From the human T2T-CHM13v2.0 reference genome, Homo sapiens, in NCBI RefSeq assembly GCF_009914755.1, contig NC_060934.1: 64,000 nucleotides of DNA. One strand, 5' to 3'. The position numbers and the translations under genes are program-made. Of this stretch, positions 1 to 12,925 are shown in pieces (positions within the stretch are counted from its first letter, which is position 1; each line of letters opens with the position of its first letter). Under the pieces are notes generated by a model that saw nothing but the letters and a program-made list of their open reading frames with translations, made no database searches and was not told the DNA's origin.

Positions 1-1609
1 GTGCATAGTCATGTTGCCCTGGTTCCACAGTGAGAACCCTCACGTCCTGCCCAGGGATCCTTTGGCCGTCCACATGGAGAAACAGGCCCCTCCTGATAGC
101 ATTCTTGGGAGCAGTGGCTGGACCGGGCAACAGTTATAGTCAAGATTCAGGGGAGCAGAGCAAGGAGACCAGGTAGGCAGCCCATCAGTTGCACGCTACA
201 GAGACCTTTAGACTCCTGCTTCCCTGCTGCCAAAGCTCCGTGGTGACCACTGCCCAACACATCCTCACAACCACAGAGCTCTAGGTTTTACCGCACTTGG
301 TTTACCACTCTTGGTTTTACCACTGTGCTTCTTGCACAAGGATGCTACCATTTATTGTACTGAAGCTGCAGTTTCCTCTATGAGTTTCATAGAATTACCC
401 TTTGTCTTTATAAATGATATTTAATTGCTATTCAGCATTCCATTGATACCCCTACATGGTCTGTGTATATGTGTGTTTTTGTCTGTTTATTTTCTCTCCT
501 AGACCGCTCCTCTCCAGGTGAGGCAGTCTCACAGTGACATTGATGCTGAGGAGAATCCATCTATCCTTTAGAGCTTCTATCTGTTCTTCCAAGTATAGCA
601 GAGAGAATCTAAATTTTATTGTAAAATTTAGCAGGAGGGATAAGCAAGCTGAAAATTTCCCTTATCCAACTTGGAGACAATCTTTTGTTACAGACTTCTC
701 TACTCACAGATTGGTGTTTTTCTGTGTTCTCCTATAAGCCAATAGTAAGCAATTTCACAACCTCAAACAGGTTATAAGCAGCTAATATTTTGGCATGATG
801 AGTGAAGCCATTACAAGAATTACAGAGTTACAGCCAAATAGCACAGGTAGCCAATTCAGCACAGATGGCACCAGCCACACTTGCAAATACGTTTACAACA
901 GCGTTAGCTCACCATCCAAGGGCTTCTTGGGGTAACTACACTATAATGACCTGAAGGACTGCGCTGTGCACAGTAAACATTCCCTCATCTGCTGTCCTGT
1001 GAGGCCATTTTCCTTCTTGTCAGCTCAAAGAAATAGCATTACAACCATGTAATTTTACCCAAACAAATCACATATTGAAAAGAAGCACTGAGATAAATAT
1101 AAGAGCAGTTGGGTGCCCTGGCAATAAGTTTATGTTCTGAAATACACAGGCAGTGATGGCTCGTAAAGATCTTAGATTTTTACTGGATGGACCACTTTAT
1201 CTTAGAGTTAGGGAACTAGAGACCAGAGAGGAAAAGGCAGCCTGGGTCAAGGTCCCAGGAGAAGTACAGGGACTTCAAATTCAAGTTTCAATTTCTCATA
1301 GTGGACTTCCCTTCCTGCTCTTGATCCATGTGTCTTCTGACTTGAATAACCCATCCTCCCATGAGAATGGCCACCTGAAAGGTAACTGCTACACCTTTCT
1401 GAATTTCCAAGCTGACAAGGACTCACAGGACTGTGAGTCGCCTATGGCCACCTGACTGGCCATGGTGGAGAAGTGTGGGTCAGGGCCCACGTCTGCCTTG
1501 CAGCCCTCACAGTTTGGCCAGAGTCGGCTGTCAGTGCATGCTGTGGGATTCTGGGAGGACATGGTCAAGGTGACTATTGCAAACTGGAGGCACAGTGGAG
1601 CTTAGAGGC

Positions 1610-1720
1610 CTGGGCTCTGAAGTTAGACACTAGACAGAGGCCTTGCCTGATGCTTCAGAGAGGAAGAATTTGGGCAAGTGATTTCACCTCTCAAAGTTTC
1701 ATTTCTCATTTGTCAAGTGC
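1610..1720 (+). mobile_element. MIR SINE fragment (degraded)
   Basis: ggctctgaagttagac...ttgggcaagtgatttcacctctc...agtttcatttctcatttgtcaa resembles the MIR 5' part and core. Confidence 0.55.
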
Positions 1721-1959
1721 TAAGCATAGGGTCTGGCTAATTAGCTCTCAAGCAATACAAATTAGCATGATTTGGAGATTTTATTGGTGTTTAGGGGCTT
1801 TATGTTTTCATTTGTTGTTGAAGTTGTCCTTTAGAGGGGGAGAAGGGGAGAGAAACTTCAGGTGGTAGGAGGTCTGTGCTGAATGAAGGTTACTGAGGAT
1901 GTGTGTATGTACAAGTGTGCACGTGTGCGTGTGTGCGTCAAGTTATTTAAACACACCAC

Positions 1960-2130
1960 TAGGGTTTGAGTCCTGATTCTGTCTCTAACAACATTGGGTA
2001 AGTTTTCCAAACTCTTAGAGCCTCATTTTCCATATCTGTAAAATGGGGATAATATTAACCACCCTCAGAGAGCTGAGAAAATTAGATGAGACAGGCATGT
2101 AAGGTGCCTGTAATGTAGCTAGCATTCAGG
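1960..2130 (+). mobile_element. MIR SINE
   Basis: gggtttgagtcctgattct...ttgggtaagtt...gagcctcattttccatatctgtaaaatggggataata...attagatgaga matches the MIR core. Confidence 0.8.
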
Positions 2131-4059
2131 GGAGCTGGGAAAATGCTCTTTCTCTACATCAACAGCCCCCTGTCTGTAATTGCTGGATTTTTCAAGCTGT
2201 AAGTCATGCACTCCTTCAGGAAGCCGTAAAAACGATGCCCAGAGTCTGGTAACATGCTCCTGGAGGCCTCCCTGTGTTGGGGACACCGTGTTCCTCCTGC
2301 ACCTGTTTGTGCATTCACAGTTAACTTATCCTGGGGTTGCAATCATGATTTTCCCCACAATCCCTCCTGCACCTGGTGACGCACTGTCATGCACGTCACG
2401 CTGGTCTGGGTTTGCCCTAGATTTCCCAGGCACTCCCGCCTAGCACAGGTGAGCAGAGGGTGCTGGAAACCTCCCAACTCCGATAACCCGGGGAAGGGCT
2501 GGGGACTGCAGGCTTAACGAATACCCAGCATTTTCAAATGCCCAGCATGGTTTGGGAAGCAGCAGGCTGAACTGTTTGAGAGCCTGCGTGATCGTTCTTA
2601 TCAGACGTCCTGTGGAAATGCCTGCCACTGTCACGAGCACACAGGCTCAACTCATACAACACCAGCTGGCCTGAAAAGTCATGGCCACAAGAAGCAGAGG
2701 CCGCAGACCAGACTCCAGCACAAAGGTGCGGGCTCCTTGGCTTTGACTCACTGGCATCTCTTCCGTCCTTTGACTTCTGCTTCTCCTTAGTAACACGACT
2801 CTTCCTATGTTTTACAATAATCTAATAAGCGCCAGTAGCGGTCAGTGTGCAGTCAACAGTCAGAACTGTGGCTGTTATACTGATAGGCAGATTTTAAAAT
2901 GAAGAGATGTTGCCTTGGCCAGTGCAGACGGGGGACACCTGCGCACACGGAGGAGCCCGTGAGGCCGCTGCCGCCCTGTGGGATGGGAAACGGGGAAGGC
3001 TTTGGGGGGGCCTCTGGGGAGGAGGCCCCACCCAGCTGGTGCTGGGGTCCTGAGTGCTGAGCAGGGGTTCCAGGGGCTGAGACAGAGAGCTCTGAGGAAG
3101 GAACTGGCCAGCTTGTGCGGGCGTCTGAAGGAGAACGAGAGGCTGACTCTGCAAGTGTTGAGAAAACCGCCAGGCGGATCCAGTGCTGGAACAAACTGCA
3201 CTGGGGTGGGGGCAGGAAACTCAGGGAACAGGAAGAGAAGGAGCTGCCCAGAGCCACCCTCCAGGGCGCCCCTGTTCAGAGCCTCCCTGGGGGCTGCTGA
3301 CTGCGCGGCCATGACGTTTCAGGCCAGCTGGTGTTGGCAGAGCTGAGCCGGGTTTGCTCAGCCAGCGCCTCAGAGCTGGGGGTGGAGGAGTGGAACTGGG
3401 GGTGAGGCATAGTTGACGGGATCACGGCGCCCCATGGGCCCTCCACCCCAAACAAGACCTTGGTGCTTGGTAGCAGTCAGCCTAGGGCCCTGCAGCCCCA
3501 GCTCAGACCTCACGCAGACCTTCTTCCAGCCCCACAATTGCCATCTGCCGCCCCACGCGCAACACGTCCTGCTCTCCTTTTCAAGTAATTTATTGCATCT
3601 GCGATAAATAAAATCAAATAAAAGTATAATTTAAGTGTTCGTTTTTAATCTTTGTGGAAAAAGGTAGAGTGTTGGAAGCAATCTTGGGAGTTCGTTCTTG
3701 GAATTTAAGATTATGTCCTCAGGACTCAGGAGGCTTCTTCCTGCCGTGCCTGTTTTCTTTGGCTGGGCTGTGTTCCCTTCTGCCTGTTCCGCCCTCTGCC
3801 CCTCTCCTCTTCTGCGGACAGTCCGGCACCTGTGATGCTCTGACCTTGAACACATCTCCCTGGACTTTCAGGGATTTCTCAACGCGACAGACCAGGACAT
3901 AGCACTGCAGCCCACCAGGTGCCTGCCTTCACTGCAGGGAGATCCCTCCACACTTGCACAGTGGGTTCACATCTTTGTCGCTGCTTGGTGTAGTCAGCTG
4001 CCTTCATTTCTGCAACTGACCAGGTGTCAGTTCGTGTCCATTGTCACCGTGGTTTGCAC

Positions 4060-4270
4060 CCCCGGCTCCCTGGCGACCATCGGAGCACATCCTCCTGGGC
4101 CTGTGGGCCGTGGACATTTCCTCTTCAGCTCAACGTCTGCCGTGCCCACTTTTCTACGGGGCTGTGTTTTTCCTGTTGATTTGTGGGAACTCCTTATATG
4201 TTCTTGCCACCAACCCTTTGCCAATTCTGTGAATCATTTCTTCTATTGTGTCACTTGCTCTTGCATTTTC
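4060..4270 (-). mobile_element. Old L1M fragment
   Basis: gcccactttt...gttgatttgtgggaactccttatatgttcttgccaccaaccctttgcca resembles antisense L1M ORF2 end/3' region. Confidence 0.5.
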
Positions 4271-4639
4271 TTATCTGACAAATATGACTCAGCTACGATG
4301 TACACTGTACATATTTGGGGATCACGCCACTTTGTTTCTGATTCTTAGCAGGAGAGGAATAGAAGGAGGCCGAGCAACCTTCACTTCCCTTCACTGGGGG
4401 CCCACAGGCCCGGCACGTTCTGCAGAGAAGCCCTTGGGTAAGTGGAGGATCTAGTCGGGATCTTGCAGCAGGGGACCGAGTGGGAATCTTGACCCTCCTG
4501 CTTTTGTCACTTCCCTGCTGTCCCTCACCTGCCTGTTCCTCCATGGAAAGTGAGGAGAGTAAAATCTTGGATGAAATGAGGCTGCTTACCCCCCAGGGGC
4601 CCTGGGCCAGGAGTCAATGTGGAATAGTGGGTGGCTTAT

Positions 4640-4785
4640 TAGTAATGATAGGAATGATGGCTAGCTCTGATTGGGCACTCACCACAGCCAGGCAATTTAC
4701 ACTTAAACCCTTTGCACAAATCGCCTTCCTTGGCTAGCCCCATGAGCTGGGGTGATTAGCATCCCAGGTTATAGATGAGAACCCC
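4640..4785 (-). mobile_element. MIR SINE fragment
   Basis: atggctagctctgattgggcactcacc...gccaggca...ccccatgagctggggtgattagcatcccaggttatagatgagaa resembles antisense MIR. Confidence 0.6.
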
Positions 4786-5309
4786 CATTTTCTGGGGTAA
4801 TGTAGGTAGTAACATTTGGCAACCATTTACTTTCTCTAACTCCTAAAGTAGCACTGATTTTCAGATCACTAGGAATTAAGTCAACATCTCAATTTGTCAT
4901 CCTTAAGTTATATTAAAAAGAACCAATCCAAAGATCAAGGCTCCGGAAACTCCCAGAATCCTCGCTGCCTTCAGCTTGACAGGAAAAATCCAGGTTTGAA
5001 AATTGCTTCTGATATACAAATGGCCTTATTGAACCTCTGGAGCCAGAGAGCCAGGACTTAAGGCTTGTAATCCTCCCCTATTTCAACAGCTCCCATCCAT
5101 CAGCTCTCCAGTCGCTGAGCAGGGAGCTCCAGCGAGTCTGGAAGAAGCAGCTCCTCCTTTTTGCTAGGCTGGGCGAGCCTGGTGCAGTGCGGCCTCATCC
5201 ATCAACCAGGAGTGGGGCCCGGCCCAGCCTTCTGGCCAGCATTGGTGGGGAAGCCTGTTAATAAACAGGCTGTGGCCTCTCCAGGAAGTCTCTTCTTCCT
5301 CCCTGTGCT

Positions 5310-5313
<4 letters not shown>

Positions 5314-5378
<65 letters not shown>

Positions 5379-5423
5379 GGATGGATGGATGGATGGATGG
5401 GTGGATGGATGGATGGATGGATG
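5314..5423. repeat. Compound microsatellite (TG)n(GA)n(GGAT)n
   Basis: Directly visible: TG run 5314-5357, GA run to about 5379, GGAT run to about 5423. Confidence 0.97.
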
Positions 5424-5432
5424 AAGGGATAG

Positions 5433-5853
5433 TGATATAGTTTAGATATTCATCCCCACTCAAATCTCATGTTGAATTGTAATCCCCAGTGTTGGAGGTA
5501 GGTCCTGGTGGCAGGTGATTTGTTCATGGGGCTGGATCCCTTATGAATGGCTTGGGACATCCCTTTGGGGACGAGTGAGCTCCTGCTCTGAGTTCTCCTT
5601 CCATCTGGCCATTTAAAGTGTGTAGCACCTCTCCCACTCTCTCTCTCACTTCCTACAGCTTTCACCATGTGCCAGCTCACCCATTGCCTTCTGCCATGAG
5701 TAGCAGTTCCCTGAGGCCTCTCTAGGAGCCAATCAGATGCTGATGTTATGCTTTGTGTACAGCCTGTAGAACAGTGAGCCAACTAAACTTATTTTCTTTA
5801 TAAATTACCCAGTCTCAGGTATTTCTTTATAGCAATGCAAGAGGCCTAACGCA
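5433..5853 (+). mobile_element. MaLR solo LTR, MST family (MSTA/MSTB-like)
   Basis: Begins tgatatagtttagatatt...caaatctcatgttgaattgtaatcccc and ends ataaattacccagtctcaggtatttctttatagcaatgcaagaggcctaacgca; 5-bp TSD gatag/gatgg. Confidence 0.9.
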
Positions 5854-6382
5854 GATGGAGGAGGAGGCAGGGTTTTCCCAGACTCTCCATGGACCTGTGT
5901 GCCCCTAAAAGGGCCTCCATACACTGTCTTCCTCCAGCCCTGCTGGGGATGGCATTGCACAAACCCCAATTCCTGTATTCATCCCTTCTGTCCACTTCTT
6001 CAGTAAGTGCATCTGAGTAGCAGGGAGGACAGGACAGCTGACGTCCACTTAGAGAGAAGTCTGCCTGGACAGGAAACCCCAGCCGTGGTCTGGGCCTCGG
6101 GGCCTGTGAAACATACTTATGAATCCACTGACACTTCAGCCCTGTTCCTTCTTCCCCAGGTTAAAAGGCAACCTTAATTACATCTCACTCCTTGAACAGA
6201 GTGGGCACAGGCAATCCCCATGAGGTTAGCTCTAACGAGGGAGAAGTCAGGGGAGAGGGCAATTGCAGCTGCGTGAGGAAAGTGAGCACCCAGCATCACA
6301 GCCTTTGCAGTGAAAGGGAAGGAAGTCCTTGTCAACCAGCAGGTTATTGGGAAAACAGCTCACATCAGAAATTCTCTTCAGA

Positions 6383-6540
6383 TTTATAATATAAATAATA
6401 CAGTATACCATTATTACTATATTTATTAATAATGTATTAATAATATTAATGATTAACATAATAATATAAATATATTATATCATATATATTAACATTATAA
6501 CATAATTATATATATTGTTAATAATATATAATATAAATGA
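6383..6540. repeat. AT-rich low-complexity tract
   Basis: Almost entirely A/T (ataatataaataata...tatatattaacattataac). Confidence 0.9.
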
Positions 6541-6549
6541 TAGCTTATT

Positions 6550-6680
6550 TGGGTGGTGAATGAAACACCACCTGTAAGTGCCTACTGTGTGCCAGGCTGA
6601 GAGATGCTAGGCGACTGAGATGAATACAACCTGCTCCCTGCCCTGGAGGAGACCACAGTGTAGACAAGGAGACAGGTGCG
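6550..6680 (-). mobile_element. L2 LINE 3' fragment
   Basis: aagtgcctactgtgtgccaggc...gagatgaatacaacctgctccctgccctggaggagaccacagtgtag resembles the antisense L2 3' end. Confidence 0.65.
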
Positions 6681-7224
6681 TGCATTGGAAATGAAGTCCA
6701 CGGGGTGCATGCTTTATCTGATATCTGCCTAGAGTGATACAGAGGTTTGGGGGAAGGGGCGGGGAGTCACCGGGTTGGGGGAACATTACCGAGCCCAGGA
6801 GGCTGCAGGAGAATGTATCTGGCTGCCCAGCCTGCTCTTCCCATCCCATCCTCAGCTCTGGTGCACAACTGCACTCAGGCTACATGAGGGGATGGGGGAG
6901 TGTGAGCTCCTTTGCCACAGAACCACCCCCTGGCCCCCCAAGGCAATGAGCGCATTGCAGAAAGTCAAGCCCCTGCTCCATGGCCTTCCAGAGGTGGCTC
7001 ACTCCTCTCTGTGGATGGGTCAAGGTCAGAGTCACCCAGGGTAGGAGCAAGACTGGCTTTTAGAATCAGGAACCTGGAGGCCCAACATTCCTCGTCCATT
7101 CCCTCTGTGTCCTGAGACCCAAGGCCTCCTCTGTGGTGACTGGAGTGTTACAGAGAGGGGAGGGCCCCGGGCAGCAGTCATTATGGGTTCCTGTGCGTAA
7201 GGAGAAAGACAGCTCAGGCCTTAG

Positions 7225-7565
7225 TGTATGAGTCTGTTCTCACGTTATAACTGGGTAATTTATAACGGAAAGAGGTTTAATTGACTCACAGTTCCGCACG
7301 GCTGGGGAGGTCTCAGGAAACTTAGAATCATGGTGGAAAGTGCTTTTCACAGGATGGCAGGAAAGAGAAAAGTGCAAGCAGAGGAAATGCCAGACGCTTA
7401 TACAACCATCAGATCTAGTGAGAACTCACTCACTATCATGAGAACAGCATGGGGGAAACCACCTTCATGATTCAATCACCTCCAGGCCCCTCCCATGACA
7501 TGTGGGGATTATGGGAATTACAATTCAAGGTGAGATCTGGGTGGGGACACAGACAAACTGTATCA
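7225..7565 (-). mobile_element. MaLR solo LTR, THE1 family (THE1C-like)
   Basis: tgtatgagtctgttctcac...ctgggtaatttataacggaaagaggtttaattgactcacagttcc...gaaatgccagacgcttata...gggtggggacacag...tatca. Confidence 0.9.
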
Positions 7566-8477
7566 GTTGGCAAGACTGTCAGAGGTGGTGAGCAAAGTAC
7601 TCTGAGGAGCAGTACACAGTATGGCTGCTGTTTCCTTTCCGGGAGATGATACAATCTCCCGGGGGGCAAGGCCAGGGGTGTGACAGGTCAGAAGTGAGCC
7701 TGGCTGTGTCTGACTGTGGCTAATGAGAACACCACCCACAGCAACTGCCTTCAGCGACCCTCAGCCCACAAGGTCCTGGGAGGGCTGGGACGAGGCCTCC
7801 TGGTTGAGATAGGAGAATGAGAATGAGCCCTTGTTCCTGTCCAGGACCCTCCTTTTGCAGAGAGTAGAGGTCAAAGGAGCTGGGGTTCCCCTCCTGAAGC
7901 CAGCACCATAGGCAGCTCCGTCCCCCTCTCTGCCTAGGGAAGCCGGGATGGAGGAAGGGGGACTTGACCTTGGGAAGCACACCCCAGTGCTTGGATGGAT
8001 TCTGAGATTTCATAATGAAAATGTAAGCCAGGCTTCAACTTAACATCTGTCTAAATAACAAACTAAAAATCAAGGAAGATACATCTAGATGACTCCTAAG
8101 CCATTATAACGAAACTAATAGCTGCACATTATGTGCTGATGGGGAATAACACAATTTCAACACAATGGCAAGTGCCACTCTTGATCATTCAATGTTACCT
8201 GTTTCTTGCAGGGACAAATCTCCAAGTGTTAAAGGGGGCTCCATCCCAGCAGCTGCTGCGCTGCCTTTTGCCCTTGGTCCGGATTCCATGACCTCTCACT
8301 CTCTGAAGTCTAGAGTCTCTTTCTGAAGCCCAAAAGCCTCATATTGAAGCAGAAATGATAAAGGGTTTCACTTTCTGTAGTTGCTTTTTCATATAATTCT
8401 TCTTTCCCTTGATAGGTGAGGAAAACTTGAAAACATCAAAACATACATACTACATTATGATGAAACCAAAAACCAGG

Positions 8478-8632
8478 TGGAAGGAAAGAGAGTGGCAGCA
8501 GGTGGAGCGGGAGGAAGAGAGAAGTGGGAAAGGAGGGGGAAGGGGGAAATTATGGGGAGAGAAAACAGGAAGAGGGGGAGAAGGAAAGGTAGAAAGAGAG
8601 GGGAGAGAGGGAAAGAGGAGAGAGGGCAGAAG
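8478..8632. repeat. GA-rich polypurine low-complexity tract
   Basis: Near-pure purine run on + (ggaggaagagagaagtgggaaaggagggggaaggggg...). Confidence 0.8.
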
Positions 8633-9489
8633 ACCGAGGCCAGCAAGGCCTGCACAGAAGCTGCGACCTGGAGCGCCTGGTAGATGGTTCCGGGTTGAAG
8701 GTAGAAGGATGGGTTTTCCCAAGGCCACAGCCAGCCCTGAGGGTGGCGAGGCTGAGCAGACAAATGGCCAGAATCAGATCTGTGGTCGCTCTTCCAAGCA
8801 CATCTGTGCATATTGCTGTTAAGGACTTCAGGGCCTGGCTTCAGCAATCTCTGTGCTGCTGAAGTCACAGGTGGTCCTCGGAGGGGTCCTGTCTTCCTCG
8901 TGCCTTCTGCGCTTCAACTCCCGTTCTGACATTGAGTCTCCTTGGCCAGGGATGAGTTCCTCACTCTCCAAAGTGGAAAATGTCCTGCAAAATGTGGGCC
9001 CCACTGCCACGGCGACTTCTGCCTAATTCCACGGGGAGTGCCCCAACCACAGTACCAGGCCTTCCTATGCCGGCACGGGCCGGAATGGGGGAAATCAGGG
9101 ACTTGTATGGCAATGCCCGGCATAGGCTCCCTGGCCCCCAGGGCCCTCCCTGTTGTGCCCACTGTCCCTGCAGCTGCCCCCACAGCCCCACCAATATTCT
9201 CTGTGTTATCCTTACATTTGTATAAATGTAAAAGTATTCCAAGATGAAAAGTCTTTTAAAGATAAGGATGTGTGAATGAGCTTATGCAGCCTGACTGTGG
9301 GAAGGTGGTGGCTTGCTTACCACTGCTTTGCTTACCACTGCTTACCACTGCTTTTCAATGTGTCTCTAAGTTGTCAGGACATACACCTTCGGTCTGGTGA
9401 CACCTGCAGCCTCCCCCCCGCCCCTACCGCCCCCCCACACGCTGCCCTATGTCCTTGCTGGGCCAGCCCACTCTTCCACATAACCTAAA

Positions 9490-9580
9490 GTGTACGTGCA
9501 TATATGCACACACACACAGGTACACACACAGGTGTGCACACACACAGGTACACACATAGGTGTGCGCACACACACACACA
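9490..9580. repeat. Interrupted (CA)n repeat
   Basis: cacacacacaggtacacacacaggtgtgcacacacacagg... Confidence 0.85.
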
Positions 9581-12084
9581 AGTACTCAAACACTTGGATT
9601 CTCTCTTGACCTCCCGGTGACTGCATAGTGGGGACTCCTGTAGACTCAGCATCTTGGACATGAGGGAGCTGTGTTTTCTTGGGTCCCTGATAAATGCATT
9701 CAGTGTCCCCATGTTCCCAAATATCTGGCTGAAGTTGTGAAAGTTCAGGGGCCTCTAGGAAAATAACCTGCAACTATTACCCTCACCTGAGAAATGGAGG
9801 GGAAGGTTGTCTGCTGATATAGGTTGCATTAGGTTATAGAAGTTAGAATGGCAGATTATATCAAGTTAAAATATCCCCGAACCAATTTCAGCTAAGTCAT
9901 CATAACTTTTGCAGAAAACCAAAGGAGAAAGTAGAGGCAATAAAAAGTATTGCTGCGCAGTGTAAACTCAGTTTCTACTTATGAGTATTCTAGCCTGAGA
10001 TATTACTTCTCATATCTGCCTCTGATTAAATACTTTTTTTTAGCATTCCAGATTTTTCTTTTAAAGCTGTTCTCTCGATAAAGAATGATTGTGTTTACAT
10101 ACAGTGACATTTTTGTAGCTTGGTCCTTAAACTGGACAGATGTCTGGTAGTATTAAGAACCAAGTAAATATTGGCATGTTCTGGTTTCTGCAGAAATAGA
10201 AGACACTGAATTAAAAGCCATATCACACATACCCCAGGAAAAGACTCAAGCTAGTGAAGACCTCAGCCTCCCTGTCTCCTCCGCTGTCAATCCATCTCGG
10301 CTCTTTCTGGAAAAAAAAATCAGGAATGTATGCAAGAATATTTTTCTTGGCCAAGAGAAGGTGATGGAAGCCCCTCCTCTTCCTCCCTCTCCTCCACAGG
10401 GAGGGCCAGGGGCCAGGTCTCAGGTCACAGGCTCACTGGGAGGCTGGAGGGAAATATCTTAGACTTGGGGTGTCAGCATCAGGGGTGAGCAGCCCAGGAG
10501 AGGTAGGCAGGATTGGAGTCATGGCAGAGAAAATGTATTTGTTCTCTGCTCACATACCCAGATCATGGAGAAAGGGACAAAAGAAGAGAGAGAGGAAATG
10601 GAGGCACATTAATAATAAAAGACTCACTGAATAGATGGGGGTGGAAAATCAGCTTTGGTGAGGGTCTTTGGCGCTTTCTGTATAGGTCTGGTCTGTGGAG
10701 ACATCAACAGCTTCAAAAGGGGACCATGCTCAGAATTGCACATCAGATAATGGGAAGGTAGGAGATTGCCACAGCTGGACCAAGGCCACGCCCGGCTCCA
10801 TCGTCCTTGTCTCCTTTGTGTCCTCCCACAGTCAGAGGGGAGGTCTCTGCTCCTCCTTTCTTGGGATTCCTGGGCTGCTAATCAGCCACTGTCCTCACCT
10901 CAAGTCTCACTCCACAGCCACTGTGGCTGCCAGCTCAGCCCTGGGTCCCCAGAGCTTCCACACCATGGAGATGTGACCCAGGACCCTAAGGGCTGCTGGC
11001 CTGGCCATCCATGGACTCTTGATCCACAGGGTCATTGACCCAGGTTCCCAGGACCCTCAGGACTGTGCCTGAATGCCAGACTTCAGGGGGGATGGGAGAG
11101 GCTGTTTCCGCCTGGCAACACCAGAGATCAACAGAGCTGCCCTTCCCTGGGTGTCTTCCCCGGCACCCACAAGAGCATGGGGAGGGAGCAGAGGGCCACA
11201 GCCTCCCATCCGCAGTGCCACAACCCAAAAATCAATAATTTTTTTTTTATTATGGCCGAAAACTCATTTGGCAGCAAAACCTGTTCTGATCTAATGTGGA
11301 GCCATTTGCAATCTTTATTTATTCCTCTTAGTGTGAATATTCACGCATTTCTCAGCAGAAATATTAATGCATGTGCTTATGAGATGCTGCCTGGATTCTA
11401 TTGGAGGTGTAGTGTAATTTACAGACCCCGCAGCTTTGCGCTCTTCCCCACCTGGGCTGGGCACTCTGAGACATTCACCTCCTGCAAGGCAAAACCTCCA
11501 CGGAGGCCTGGCGGATGGTTAATCTTTCTTATGTAAGCTGTGCACATGCAGTGCAGAAAGTTGCCTCATATTTTCTAGTAAGAGGATATTTTTTCAAAGT
11601 TAACCCAAGATGAAGGCTGCACAGTGTACAGTATTTCAGGACCAAAAATATGACTGCGTTTTAGAGGGAAAAAAAAAGATCTTTGCAAGATTGAAGGGTT
11701 CGTGGATGGATTTTGCAACCCACTGTAAACCTCTGATTGGCCTCATGGGTTTCCACCATTTGCATACCTCACCCATTGTGTGGAAAACGCAGGGTCTTTG
11801 GTGGCAAGGAGCAAACTGTGTGTAATTAATGGAGGACTTTCAGAGGAGCAAAGGACCAGGCAGTAGAGAAACAGCATGAGGGAAGTTGATTGATAATGTG
11901 TTTCCAGCAGCTTAACTTCAAGAACCAATTTGCTAGAAAAAAAATGATTGGATTATGTGGAATCAACCTACAACTCAAACCCTGGTTACCAGCCTTTATT
12001 CTTGGCACACATAAACCACAGTTTCCACATCTTTTCAAAATTACTTGTTTGACTTACAGCTTTCGATTTGACGCAAGTTTTTCA

Positions 12085-12085
<1 letters not shown>

Positions 12086-12120
<35 letters not shown>
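12086..12120. repeat. (CA)n microsatellite
   Basis: Perfect CA run, about 17 units. Confidence 0.97.
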
Positions 12121-12124
<4 letters not shown>

Positions 12125-12624
12125 TGTTTATGAAAAAAGAAGAATGCCAAACAATGAGCAGACCCGAATATACCAGAGGAACGTGAGAGGCAGAATCAGG
12201 AGAGACCTCATTATTCCAATGGTTCGAGAAGTCCTGGGTGCTGCAGTTGGAGGTTTGGGGGTGATGGCCGGAGCACATTGAATTCAAAATGCCTGGTGGT
12301 AAAATTCATAACCTGTTTTGATGAAAAGATGCATCTTTTCAGAAAATCTAGCTCTCCATCAGACGTGTAGCAGATCAGACAAGCCTGAACACACCCAAAC
12401 TGGCTGGACAGGAAACCCCACATCTGATACTGTGAGCTTCCAGGCCCGGCGCGTGCATTCTGAGCACCTGCCCAGCAGAAACCATCCCCCTCCCCGAGTG
12501 TGGGGAGCTCAGTGCCATGGGAGATGTTTGCCCTTGCCCTTGTGCTTACTATTTTTGTTTTTTTTTTTTTGGCTCTTATTCCATCTCTTGATGGTCCAGG
12601 GGGACTTGATCAGTTTGGGGCATA

Positions 12625-12810
12625 TAGAAGCCTTAACTTAGCATTTTTAATGGGCTCGTTGAAACTTGGATTTAAGTGAAACGCCATATAACAAAACCCA
12701 TTTTACCACAAGCTATTTGATATAAACAAGAGTTTAAGTTCCTATAGCATATTTCTGATTTAAAAAAGCAGTAAACTCAACATTAAAACCGAAAACACTT
12801 CTAATATTAT
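12625..12810 (+). mobile_element. TcMar-Tigger DNA transposon fragment (MER82-like)
   Basis: ttaagtgaaacgccatataacaaaacccattttaccacaagctatttgatataaacaagagtttaagttcctatagcatatttctg...aaaacacttctaatatta matches remembered MER82 5' part. Confidence 0.7.
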
Positions 12811-12817
12811 GCTCTGA

Positions 12818-12925
12818 AGCTGAGTGTGACGGCTCAAGCTTATGGGAAGCCACAGCGGGAGGATCACTTGAGGCCAGGAGTTCAAGACTAGGCTCTGGAC
12901 AACACAGTAACACCAAACCCAATCG
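12818..12925 (+). mobile_element. Free Alu monomer (FLAM-like), degraded
   Basis: gcgggaggatcacttgaggccaggagttcaagactagg...ggacaacacagtaa. Confidence 0.75.

Noticed and set aside
284-324. Short ggttttaccact triple repeat, similar to cttaccactg repeats at about 9315-9352 and tttaccactct in the 66-bp unit
   Set aside because: The shared word is too short; independent slippage is sufficient explanation
2853-3346. Overlapping 120-145 aa ORFs in GC-rich DNA (similarly 16819-17355, 59487-60032)
   Set aside because: No recognisable domain, many have non-ATG starts, and they are expected by chance in GC-rich sequence
7298-7310. PRDM9 hotspot motif in the THE1 LTR
   Set aside because: The minus strand reads CCTCCCCAGCCGT, which fails the CCNCCNTNNCCNC consensus at positions 7 and 13
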